From contig CAJXAF010000001.1 of the NCBI GenBank assembly GCA_913050175.1, positions 1,126 to 65,125 of the forward strand: 64,000 nucleotides of DNA, given 5' to 3'. Below are positions 29,137 to 37,576 of the stretch, piece after piece. This stretch comes from an uncultured bacterium (GTDB taxonomy: Bacteria; Omnitrophota; Gorgyraeia; Duberdicusellales; 4484-171). The notes under the pieces were generated by a model, which was not told the origin of the DNA, did not search any database, and saw nothing but the letters and a program-made list of their open reading frames with translations. The stretch's first letter is position 1; each line of letters starts with the position of its first letter. A program made the position numbers and the translations under genes.

Positions 29137-29274
29137 ATGAAGTTTCTAAAAAAGATTGACCTTAAAAAAGCTTTAACTCATAACCTTTGGCTTAAGATTG
29201 TCTCTTTAGCTATTGCAATCTTAGTTTGGGTTTATGTTATTGGAACGATTACCGCTGGTGGAAGTCCCACATAG
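29137..29274 (+). other. 45-aa ORF resembling only the N-terminal TM helix of CdaR (YbbR-like) regulator
   Basis: MKFLKKIDLKKALTHNLWLKIVSLAIAILVWVYVIG…* matches the conserved start of CdaR proteins (…NLWLKL.SL..A..LW) but stops before any YbbR repeat. Confidence 0.35.
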
Positions 29275-29300
29275 AAACCTTTAATTCATAATCATTAAAT

Positions 29301-30026
29301 ATGAAAATTAAATTAGGTATAAATGTTGACCATGTTGCTACTCTTCGTCAAGCTAGAGGCACAGACTATCCTGATCCGGTGGTCGCGGCTTTATTGGCTG
29401 AGGCAGCAGGTTCTGATTCAGTAGTAATTCACTTGCGCGAGGACAGAAGACATATTAGAGAGAGGGATGTTCTCCTTATTAGAGAAGCCATAAATATACC
29501 TTTGAATTTGGAGATGGCAACAAGTAAAGATATCGTGGATTTTGCCTTAGATCTATGCCCTGATCAGGCAACTTTAGTCCCCGAGAAAAGACAAGAGCTT
29601 ACAACTGAAGGTGGCTTGGATTTAATAAAAACCTATAAAAAGACATCTCAGGCAGTAAAGAAATTAAAAAAAGCCGGTAGCAAAGTCAGTCTCTTTATTG
29701 ATCCTTTCAAAAATCAAGTTAAAGCAGCTTGTGATTTAGGTGCAGATAACATCGAGTTTAATACAGCTAGATATGTCGAAGCAAAAACAGCAAAGCAACT
29801 TCAAACTGAATTTAAGCGTTTAAAAGAAACTTCTTTGCTGGCAACCAAAAAAGGATTTTTTGTTGCTGCCGGTCACGGCCTTGATTATGAAAACACTAAA
29901 AAAATATTAAAAATTAAGGAAATAAAAGAACTCAATATTGGCCACTCTATAATCTCCCGGTCTATCTTTATTGGTATTGTTGCAGCTATTGAGGAGATGA
30001 TAGATTTAATTAAGGATAAAAAGTAA
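29301..30026 (+). CDS. pdxJ: Pyridoxine 5'-phosphate synthase
   Basis: MKIKLGINVDHVATLRQARGTDYPDPV conserved PdxJ N-terminus. Confidence 0.92.
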   Translation: MKIKLGINVDHVATLRQARGTDYPDPVVAALLAEAAGSDSVVIHLREDRRHIRERDVLLIREAINIPLNLEMATSKDIVDFALDLCPDQATLVPEKRQELTTEGGLDLIKTYKKTSQAVKKLKKAGSKVSLFIDPFKNQVKAACDLGADNIEFNTARYVEAKTAKQLQTEFKRLKETSLLATKKGFFVAAGHGLDYENTKKILKIKEIKELNIGHSIISRSIFIGIVAAIEEMIDLIKDKK

Positions 30027-30028
30027 AG

Positions 30029-30379
30029 ATGGTAGCAGGCGTTGGCATTGATATAATTAAGATCGAAAAAATGAAGCAAGCTATTGATAAGTGGGGAGAT
30101 AGCTTTTTAGATAGAGTATTTAACCCCGAAGAGATAGAAAATATTTATAAAGGGAAAATGTACTACCAGAGGCTTGCAGCTAGATTTGCTGCTAAGGAAG
30201 CTGTTATCAAGGCGCTATCTAAAGAATACCCTTTAGCTTTAAAAGATATTATTATTCTTAATAAGCCTAATGGTGCACCTTATTGTAAGTTTAAAAAAGA
30301 TATAGGAGACGAGATTTTTCTCTCAATTACTCACGTTGAAGATTATGCAGTTGCCAGCGCAGTTGCGCAGAAAACCTGA
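30029..30379 (+). CDS. acpS: Holo-[acyl-carrier-protein] synthase
   Basis: MVAGVGIDIIKIEKM…FAAKEA conserved AcpS motifs. Confidence 0.9.
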   Translation: MVAGVGIDIIKIEKMKQAIDKWGDSFLDRVFNPEEIENIYKGKMYYQRLAARFAAKEAVIKALSKEYPLALKDIIILNKPNGAPYCKFKKDIGDEIFLSITHVEDYAVASAVAQKT

Positions 30380-31190
30380 TAGTTATAAGGGCAGTTACGG
30401 ACACATTTTGGTTCTGGGCGGATCAGGAGGTCTAACCGGAGCCGTCTGTCTGTGTTCTTTGGCAGCTTTAAAAACCGGAGCCGGCCTGGTAACGGCCGGT
30501 GTGCCGTCTACTTTAAACGAAGTCTTTGAGATAAAGCTTACTGAAGTAATGACTTTGCCTTTAGCTGATCAATCGGGATCACTAAGTATAAAAGCTTTTA
30601 AGAAAATCGAAGAAAACATTGATAAATTTGATATTGTGGTTTTAGGTCCAGGGGCCGGCCTTGCTTTAGATACCAAGAAATTAATTTTAAAAATAATCAG
30701 CCGGATCAACAAGCCTTTGATTATTGATGCTGATGCTTTAACTGTGATTTCAGAGAATTTAGATATTTTAAGTAAAAGGAAAGCAAGAGATATTATTTTA
30801 ACTCCTCATTTGGGAGAATTTTCTCGTTTGTTAGGTGAAAACACAAGAGTAATAAAATCAAAGAGAAAAGAGCTTGTCAAGAAGTTTGCTCTCCGCTATA
30901 ATCTAAGTCTTGTTCTTAAAGGCCATAAGACAATAATAAGTGATGGCAAAAAACTAGTTGAAAACAGAACAGGTAATCCTGGTATGGCTACAGCTGGTTC
31001 AGGCGACGTTTTAGCCGGTATTATTGCCGGCTTAGCTGCCCAGGGCTTAAGTCTTTTTGAGGCTGGAAAACTTGGAGCCTATATTCACGGTTTATCAGCT
31101 GATATAGCTGTAAAGGAAAAGACCCAAAATTGCCTTCTGGCTTCTGATATTATAGAGTATTTACCGAAAGCTTATAAACGATTGGGATAG
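30336..31190 (+). CDS. nnrD: ADP-dependent NAD(P)H-hydrate dehydratase (YjeF C-terminal domain)
   Basis: GSYGHILVLGGSGGLTGAVCL…GPGAGL…TPHLGEF…GSGDVLAG carbohydrate-kinase-like Nnr motifs; 5' end overlaps acpS so true start may be internal. Confidence 0.8.
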   Translation: MKIMQLPAQLRRKPDSYKGSYGHILVLGGSGGLTGAVCLCSLAALKTGAGLVTAGVPSTLNEVFEIKLTEVMTLPLADQSGSLSIKAFKKIEENIDKFDIVVLGPGAGLALDTKKLILKIISRINKPLIIDADALTVISENLDILSKRKARDIILTPHLGEFSRLLGENTRVIKSKRKELVKKFALRYNLSLVLKGHKTIISDGKKLVENRTGNPGMATAGSGDVLAGIIAGLAAQGLSLFEAGKLGAYIHGLSADIAVKEKTQNCLLASDIIEYLPKAYKRLG

Positions 31191-31215
31191 AAGTCTTCTT
31201 TGATATTATGAGATT

Positions 31216-31288
31216 GCCGGCGTAGCTCAATTGGCAGAGCACCTCACTTGTAATGAGGATGTTGGGGGTTCGATTCCTCTCGCCGGCT
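31216..31288 (+). tRNA. tRNA-Thr (anticodon UGU)
   Basis: Acceptor GCCGGCG/CGCCGGC, anticodon loop CTTGTAA, T-arm GGTTCGATTCC; no encoded CCA. Confidence 0.85.
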
Positions 31289-31319
31289 TATTAATTCTTT
31301 AAAAGTATAGTAAAACATT

Positions 31320-31405
31320 GGTCGGGTTCCCGAGTGGCCAAAGGGGACAGACTGTAAATCTGTTGCGCTTGCGCTTCGAAGGTTCAAATCCTTCCCCGAC
31401 CACCA
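31320..31405 (+). tRNA. tRNA-Tyr (anticodon GUA), long variable arm, CCA encoded
   Basis: Acceptor GGTCGGG/CCCGACC, anticodon loop CTGTAAA, extended variable arm, T-arm GGTTCAAATCC. Confidence 0.88.
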
Positions 31406-31433
31406 TGTTTTAAAGTAGCGATATTAAATATTC

Positions 31434-31504
31434 GCGGGTGTAGTTCAATGGTAGAACACTAGCCTTCCAAGCTGGATATGGCGGTTCGATCCCGCTCGCC
31501 CGCT
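31434..31504 (+). tRNA. tRNA-Gly (anticodon UCC)
   Basis: Acceptor GCGGGTG/CGCCCGC (one G·U), anticodon loop CTTCCAA, T-arm GGTTCGATCCC. Confidence 0.85.
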
Positions 31505-31546
31505 TTTAATTAAAACTAAACTTTCTAAAATTAAACAAACCTTACA

Positions 31547-32551
31547 ATGAAAGAAAAGATTTCAATAATCGGTGCTGGAAACTGGGGAACAACCCAAGCT
31601 GTTTTTCTTGCCCGTAAGGGTTTGGAGGTAGAGCTCCATAGTGTATTTGATGCCCATAATCGAAAAATGGCTAAAGACAGGGAGAATAAACTCTACCTTA
31701 AAGGTACAAAGTTTCCGGCAAAACTAAAAGTAAACCCATCTTTAAAGGAAACCTTAAAAAACCAAATAATAGTAATCGCAATTCCGGTTAAATTTATTCG
31801 AAAGGTTGTAAGAAAAATAGGAAGCCAAGCTCCCTCCTTGAAGAATAAGGTTTTTTTAAGTCTTAGCAAAGGCATTGAAGTTACTTCTTTAAAAAGACCA
31901 TCACAAATTATGGAAGAGGAGTTAGAAATAACAAATGTTGCTGTTTTATCCGGACCAAATATAGCCAAAGAAGTCTTAGCCGGTATACCGTCTACTTCTG
32001 TTCTTGTTTGTAAAAACAAGAGGATTGCTAAAAAGCTTCAATTATTATTCACCAGTAAAACTTTCAGAGTATATTTACATGATGATATGGTTGGTGTCGA
32101 ATTGGGAGCAGCCTTAAAAAATATTATAGCAATATCTTGCGGTATTGCCGATGGTTTGGGCTTTGGTACTAATACTAAAGCTGCTTTGGTGACAAGGGGT
32201 TTGGCAGAAATAACCAGATTGGGTAAGCCTCTAGGGGCAAAAGCTTCGACTTTTTGGGGGATTAGCGGTTTAGGTGATTTAGTAACAACTTGCTTTTCTC
32301 CTTTTTCCAGGAATAGAATTGTCGGTGAACAAATTGGAAAGGGTAAGAAAATAAAATCTATTTTAAGTAACATGTCTATGGTGGCCGAAGGTGTTGAGAC
32401 TGTTAAATCTACTTTCCATTTAAGCAAAGAGCTGGGTGTTGAAATGCCAATTACACGGGAAGTTTACTCAGTCCTTTATAAGGGTAAATCTCCTCAAAAA
32501 GCTGTATCTGATTTGATGACCCGAACCTTAAAGAAAGAAAAAATCTCTTAA
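31547..32551 (+). CDS. gpsA: NAD(P)H-dependent glycerol-3-phosphate dehydrogenase
   Basis: MKEKISIIGAGNWGTT Rossmann start and GpsA catalytic region (…GLGFGTNTKAAL…). Confidence 0.92.
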   Translation: MKEKISIIGAGNWGTTQAVFLARKGLEVELHSVFDAHNRKMAKDRENKLYLKGTKFPAKLKVNPSLKETLKNQIIVIAIPVKFIRKVVRKIGSQAPSLKNKVFLSLSKGIEVTSLKRPSQIMEEELEITNVAVLSGPNIAKEVLAGIPSTSVLVCKNKRIAKKLQLLFTSKTFRVYLHDDMVGVELGAALKNIIAISCGIADGLGFGTNTKAALVTRGLAEITRLGKPLGAKASTFWGISGLGDLVTTCFSPFSRNRIVGEQIGKGKKIKSILSNMSMVAEGVETVKSTFHLSKELGVEMPITREVYSVLYKGKSPQKAVSDLMTRTLKKEKIS

Positions 32552-32674
32552 TAGTTTATTCTCGCCTCTAATAACACCCTTTAAATAGCGAATTCTATTC
32601 AATAATTCCATTATTTTTCTTGTCAAAGGAATGTTTAAGCGATAAAATTAATTAAAAGGTAAATTATTTTTAAA

Positions 32675-33025
32675 ATGCAAGAAGAACGCCGGGAAAAAAT
32701 CAGGATAGAGGAATCTTTAACTGTTAGACATTCACCCGCTAAAAGTCTCTTTATTAGTTCATCTGAGACTAAGAATATTTCAAGCGGCGGCCTGTGTTTT
32801 CCTGCTTTGCAGAGACTGGAACCGGAAATGGCCCTGGATCTTGATATTGATTTACCGGGTTTTAAAGAACCCATTAAAGCTGAGGCTAAAGTAATCTGGC
32901 TATCTGAAATAAGTGATATTAATCACCGTTATGATGTAGGGGTGCAATTTGCAAAGATAAGTTCTACCGACCACAGTAAAATACTCCACTATATTTCCAG
33001 CAAATTCGATAATTTAAATATGTAA
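32675..33025 (+). CDS. PilZ-domain protein
   Basis: RREKIR, NISSGGL, AKVIWL. Confidence 0.8.
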   Translation: MQEERREKIRIEESLTVRHSPAKSLFISSSETKNISSGGLCFPALQRLEPEMALDLDIDLPGFKEPIKAEAKVIWLSEISDINHRYDVGVQFAKISSTDHSKILHYISSKFDNLNM

Positions 33026-33080
33026 CCTGGAAAAATATCGTCTTATATCTACATTTCAGATAGTTTTTTAACTTTATATC

Positions 33081-33527
33081 ATGAAGAGTAATTTTATTAA
33101 AATAGCTAAAAAGGTTCTCCTAACTGTACTTTTTGTTTTCTTCCTACCGTATCTTGCTTATTGTTCATATGCCAGCGATATATTTAAGGAATTGACTACA
33201 GCTATAAGAGAGGATGCTATCAAGGTGGAATTAAAGGCTTTAGAAGCAAAATACCTTGATAAACGTATTGAGGGTAAAGGCTACATAAAAAGCATAACTC
33301 ATGATCTTAAGGAGAGAGTAGTTCTTACTGTTTCTACCCTTGAAGATGTCAATGACGTTGAATCGGTTAGTGTAGTTATATATTTACGTAAGTACACTGC
33401 CCGAACAATATCACGATTCAAGGTTGGTGATAAGATACGTCTTTTTGGTGATTTTAAGGGTATTCGAATGAAGACCATAGTTGTAGAAGAAACTATTATT
33501 AAACCGCATTATCAAGATATAAAATAA
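33081..33527 (+). CDS. Hypothetical secreted protein
   Basis: N-terminal signal/TM (VLLTVLFVFFLPYLAYCSYA). Confidence 0.45.
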   Translation: MKSNFIKIAKKVLLTVLFVFFLPYLAYCSYASDIFKELTTAIREDAIKVELKALEAKYLDKRIEGKGYIKSITHDLKERVVLTVSTLEDVNDVESVSVVIYLRKYTARTISRFKVGDKIRLFGDFKGIRMKTIVVEETIIKPHYQDIK

Positions 33528-33822
33528 AGCTTTAAGATAATTTTACTTGATTCCTTAGTAAAGGATGAATTTTTCTCTTAATTTCTAATTCTTCTTTTTA
33601 TCTGGGTTTAAAAATAATATTTTTAAAAGAAAACGTTTTCAGTAGTGATTTTGATACTTTTTTTGTAAAAACCTCTCTGTTTCCTTGAAATCGAAGGATA
33701 AATATGGTATATATTCTAGACGGGGGTTTAAATTTATTGCAAAAAGTAGTAAATTAAGCCTCTTTTTATTTAATAGGCCTTAAAAATGGCAGGATATGCA
33801 TTGAACTAATAAGGGAGGCCCA

Positions 33823-34134
33823 GTGCATAATGAATCATTTGGACATCGTAGATCTTCTAAAAGAAGAGCATGTTTTTTAGCTGCTGGGTATTTATTGTTT
33901 GATAAAGCTCCTTACCTTGCAAAATACCATGATATTAATCTTGATGGTATAGGAGCAATAGTTGATAAACCTTTACCGGTTAATATACAGGTTAAAATAG
34001 CTCTCAATACAAAAAAGAAAGGTTTGGTTTTAGTTAAGGGCAAAGTATGTTGGTGTAAAAAAGCCCAGCTTGGCTGGCGCTTAGGAATATCTTTTAACCG
34101 TAAGCTATCGTATGAAACTACTATGATTGCTTAG
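33823..34134 (+). CDS. PilZ-domain protein (divergent)
   Basis: RRSSKRR (RxxxR), DINLDGIG (DxSxxG with S→N), GKVCWC; SD agggaggcc. Confidence 0.65.
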   Translation: MHNESFGHRRSSKRRACFLAAGYLLFDKAPYLAKYHDINLDGIGAIVDKPLPVNIQVKIALNTKKKGLVLVKGKVCWCKKAQLGWRLGISFNRKLSYETTMIA

Positions 34135-34137
34135 GTA

Positions 34138-34503
34138 TTGCTTTATAAAAATGGCTTTTTAAAAGATAAGGCTATTATGATTCAAAGAAGAAAACAAAAA
34201 AGAGTTAAAATATCATTTCCAATTGAGTGCGATTGCCTGTCTCACCGTAACTATTTCTGCTCAGTCAGCAGGGATTTGAGTTTAACCGGGATACAAACCG
34301 TAAATAATAGTTTTATACCTAAAGATAGCATAGTAAAGATCAATATTAACCTTATTGATAGATTTGTAAGCTTAAAAGCTAATGTTATCTGGAGCATAAA
34401 AAAGAGAGCCTCAGAAAGATATTCTACTGGTCTAGAGTTTATTGAAACAACTCAGGCCCATAAGAGGCATATCACTCACTTCCTACACAACCTCACTGCT
34501 TAA
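34138..34503 (+). CDS. PilZ-domain protein
   Basis: RRKQKR, DLSLTGI, ANVIWS; true start may be Met at 34177 (MIQRRKQKR). Confidence 0.75.
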   Translation: MLYKNGFLKDKAIMIQRRKQKRVKISFPIECDCLSHRNYFCSVSRDLSLTGIQTVNNSFIPKDSIVKININLIDRFVSLKANVIWSIKKRASERYSTGLEFIETTQAHKRHITHFLHNLTA

Positions 34504-34678
34504 TTAAATCTTACTGATTTACTTAAAAAACTCCTATAAACACTGCAAAATCATTCTTTACACCTATTCTAAAAGCGGTTATAATAATTGGAAATCCATA
34601 GAATTTTGAGTAGGTCTAGCCTTAATTATTGCAATAACTTGCATAAGATTATAGGTATAAAGCCCTACCCTATTTATT

Positions 34679-34754
34679 CGGGAGGTGGCCCAGTCTGGAT
34701 TAGGGCACTTGAATGGGGTTCAAGGGGTCGCGGGTTCAAATCCCGCTCTCCCGA
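34679..34754 (+). tRNA. tRNA-Pro (anticodon GGG)
   Basis: Acceptor CGGGAGG/TCTCCCG, D-arm GCCCAGTCTGGATTAGGGC, anticodon stem CTTGA/TCAAG with loop ATGGGGT, T-arm GCGGGTTCAAATCCCGC. Confidence 0.8.
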
Positions 34755-34809
34755 TTTAATAATTGTTGTAAATTTAGTATTAAACATATAGCGTGGCGAG
34801 GAGGTCAGA

Positions 34810-35178
34810 ATGAATGAATATGGTGGTTCAGAGAGAAGAGGGCATCCGCGAGTTGATGTAAATTTTGTTGTAAGTTACAGGATTCAAGAAACAGCTCACG
34901 ATTACGATCTTTCTCAAACAAAAAATTTAAGTCAAGGCGGTATGCTTCTTACAACAAATAAAAAATTTACTCAAGGTACATGTTTATCTATGATTTTACG
35001 TTTTCCCTTGATACCACAGAAAATCGAAGTTACTGGAATAATTGTAGATTCTAAAGAAGTAGTAAGAGACATTATCTATGAAACAAGAATACAGTTTCTG
35101 GATTTGGATAAAGAATTTTTCTATAAATTAGGTGAGTTTATCAAGGATAATTTGAAGGATGACCTAAAGAATGATTAA
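34810..35178 (+). CDS. PilZ-domain protein (overlaps hom start by 8 nt)
   Basis: RRGHPR, NLSQGGM; SD ggcgaggagg; stop TAA inside ATGATTAA of hom. Confidence 0.8.
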   Translation: MNEYGGSERRGHPRVDVNFVVSYRIQETAHDYDLSQTKNLSQGGMLLTTNKKFTQGTCLSMILRFPLIPQKIEVTGIIVDSKEVVRDIIYETRIQFLDLDKEFFYKLGEFIKDNLKDDLKND

Positions 35179-36445
35179 AAAAATTGGCATCATTGGTTTA
35201 GGTCATGTTGGCACTTCGGTTGTCGAATCACTTAAAAAATATTCAAGCCTGATCAGAGAACGTTCTTCTTTGTCTTTAAAGATAAAGAAAGTTTGTGATG
35301 CTAATAAATCAAGAAGAAACTTTGCTAAGAAGCTCGGTGTCCCTTTTACGACTGACTACAATGATCTAACCAATGATCCGGAAATTGATATCATAGTGGA
35401 GTTGATAGGAGGCATTGAACCTGCCAATTCTATTATTTTATCAGCTTTGAATAAGGGCAAAAGCGTTGTAACAGCTAATAAAGCTTTACTTGCAACTAAG
35501 GGTAAGAAGATCTTTGCTTTAGCCCAGAAAAACCGAAAACGTGTCGGCTTTGAAGCTTCAGTCTGCGGAGCCATACCTTTGATAAAGAGCACTAGTGAAG
35601 GCTTGGTCTGTTGTGACGTAAAAAAAATATACGGAATACTTAATGGCACAACAAATTATATTCTCTATAAAATGCAAAGAGAAAATATTGATTTTGCCTC
35701 TTCTTTAAATGAGGCTCAAGTTCAAGGTTATGCTGAAAAAAAGGCAGATTTAGATATAAACGGCGTAGATTCTTTGCACAAATTATGTATTTTAAGTTAC
35801 TTATGTTATGGTATCTGGCCTTCTCTGGATAAAGTTTATGCTGAAGGCATTTCTAAGATTTCTTTGTTGGATATTGCCTACGCTAAAGATTTAGGATACC
35901 AAATAAAATTATTATCCATAGCCAAAAAGGAAAAAGGTTCATTGGATATAAGAGTACACCCAACCCTGATTCCCATTGATCATCCTTTAAGTCAGGTGGC
36001 GCTTGCCTTTAATGCTGTTTATTTTGACACTAAGCCAGCCGGTGATCTGCTTTTTTATGGTCAGGGAGCTGGAGGCGTAGCAACATCTTCTTCAGTTATC
36101 TCTGATATTGTCAGTATAGCTTCAGGCCATAAAGGGTTCATTAGAAGCCAGGGCAAAGCTAAGATAAAAAATATTGCCGATATAAAGACCAGATACTATA
36201 TCCGATGCATGGTTATGGATTCTCCGGGAGTTTTAGCCAAGATTTCAAAAATTCTTGCCAGTTATAAGATTAGCATAGCCTCAGTTAATCAAAAAGAGAG
36301 AAGAGAAGGTAAATTTGTCCCTATTGTTATGCAGACACACCAGGCAAAAGAAAGTAATATGCAAAAAGCCATTAATAACATAAACAGGTTAAAGGTTATT
36401 AAAAGCCCTTTACAGATAATTCGCATTGAGGATCTACCCAGCTAA
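35171..36445 (+). CDS. hom: Homoserine dehydrogenase
   Basis: MIKKIGIIGLGHVGTSV NAD-binding start, catalytic domain, C-terminal ACT domain (…MVMDSPGVLAKISKILA…). Confidence 0.92.
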   Translation: MIKKIGIIGLGHVGTSVVESLKKYSSLIRERSSLSLKIKKVCDANKSRRNFAKKLGVPFTTDYNDLTNDPEIDIIVELIGGIEPANSIILSALNKGKSVVTANKALLATKGKKIFALAQKNRKRVGFEASVCGAIPLIKSTSEGLVCCDVKKIYGILNGTTNYILYKMQRENIDFASSLNEAQVQGYAEKKADLDINGVDSLHKLCILSYLCYGIWPSLDKVYAEGISKISLLDIAYAKDLGYQIKLLSIAKKEKGSLDIRVHPTLIPIDHPLSQVALAFNAVYFDTKPAGDLLFYGQGAGGVATSSSVISDIVSIASGHKGFIRSQGKAKIKNIADIKTRYYIRCMVMDSPGVLAKISKILASYKISIASVNQKERREGKFVPIVMQTHQAKESNMQKAINNINRLKVIKSPLQIIRIEDLPS

Positions 36446-36466
36446 ATTTATTTATTATCTTTAAAA

Positions 36467-37573
36467 ATGAGTAATTCAGGAAAATTTAAACTCCCCAATA
36501 AATCCTACAAAGGTGTTATTGATCGCTATAAAAAATATCTGCCTATAACAAAGTGTACTCCGATTATAAGCTTACAGGAAGGAGATACACCTCTTATTTA
36601 TGCTGAAAAAATTTCCTCATTCCTAGGGAAAAACTTTAAAGTTTTCTTAAAATACGAAGGCCTTAATCCAACCGGTTCATTTAAGGACCGGGGCATGACC
36701 ATGGCTATATCTAAGGCAAAGGAGGAGGGAGCCAAAGCAGTTATCTGTGCTTCAACCGGAAATACTTCCGCTTCTGCTGCTGCTTTTTCAGCCAAGGGAA
36801 ATTTAAAATGCATTGTAGTTATACCTAAAGGCGCCATAGCCCTAGGCAAACTTGCCCAGGCCTTAATACATAAAGCAGTAGTCATTGCAGTCAAGGGTAA
36901 CTTTGATGATGCTCTTTCAGTTGTCAGAGAGATTTCGGATAATTATCCGGTTAAACTGGTAAATTCTATAAACCCTTATAGGATTGAAGGTCAAAAGACA
37001 GCCGCTTTTGAAATTTGTGACTATTTAAAACGAGCTCCTGATTTTCACTGTTTACCGGTGGGTAACGCCGGCAATATTACTGCTTATTGGAAAGGTTATA
37101 AAGAGTATTACGCCTATAAAAAAATAAGCAGTCTGCCGCAGATGTTAGGATTTCAGGCTAAAGGCTCAGCTCCGATTGTAAAAGGTTATCCAATAGCTAA
37201 ACCAAAAACTATTGCTACAGCCATTAAAATCGGTAATCCTGCAAGCTGGAAGCAGGCTCTGGGAGCAAAAAAAGAATCAAAAGGATTAATTAATGCTGTT
37301 AGTGATAGCCAAATATTAGCTGCTTATAAATTATTAACTGAAAGAGAGGGAGTTTTTGTTGAGCCTGCTTCAGCAGCTTCAATAGCAGGTCTATTGGCGC
37401 TTAATAGAGATGGGTTTTTTAATAAATTTAAAAACAATAAAAAAGAATTTATCATAACTTGTACTCTTACCGGACACGGCCTCAAAGATCCTCAAATAGC
37501 TATAAAAAGTGTAAAAACTCCCCCGCTTGTAAGTGCAAAGGCCGAAGCTGTTGTAAAAATAGCTAAGATTTAA
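36467..37573 (+). CDS. thrC: Threonine synthase
   Basis: KYEGLNPTGSFKDRGMT PLP-lysine motif of ThrC. Confidence 0.9.
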   Translation: MSNSGKFKLPNKSYKGVIDRYKKYLPITKCTPIISLQEGDTPLIYAEKISSFLGKNFKVFLKYEGLNPTGSFKDRGMTMAISKAKEEGAKAVICASTGNTSASAAAFSAKGNLKCIVVIPKGAIALGKLAQALIHKAVVIAVKGNFDDALSVVREISDNYPVKLVNSINPYRIEGQKTAAFEICDYLKRAPDFHCLPVGNAGNITAYWKGYKEYYAYKKISSLPQMLGFQAKGSAPIVKGYPIAKPKTIATAIKIGNPASWKQALGAKKESKGLINAVSDSQILAAYKLLTEREGVFVEPASAASIAGLLALNRDGFFNKFKNNKKEFIITCTLTGHGLKDPQIAIKSVKTPPLVSAKAEAVVKIAKI

Positions 37574-37576
37574 AAA

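Noticed and set aside
34588-34791. 67-aa + strand ORF (MEIHRILSRSS…) from the ORF track
   Set aside because: It completely overlaps the well-formed tRNA-Pro(GGG) at 34679-34754 and has no RBS; spurious.
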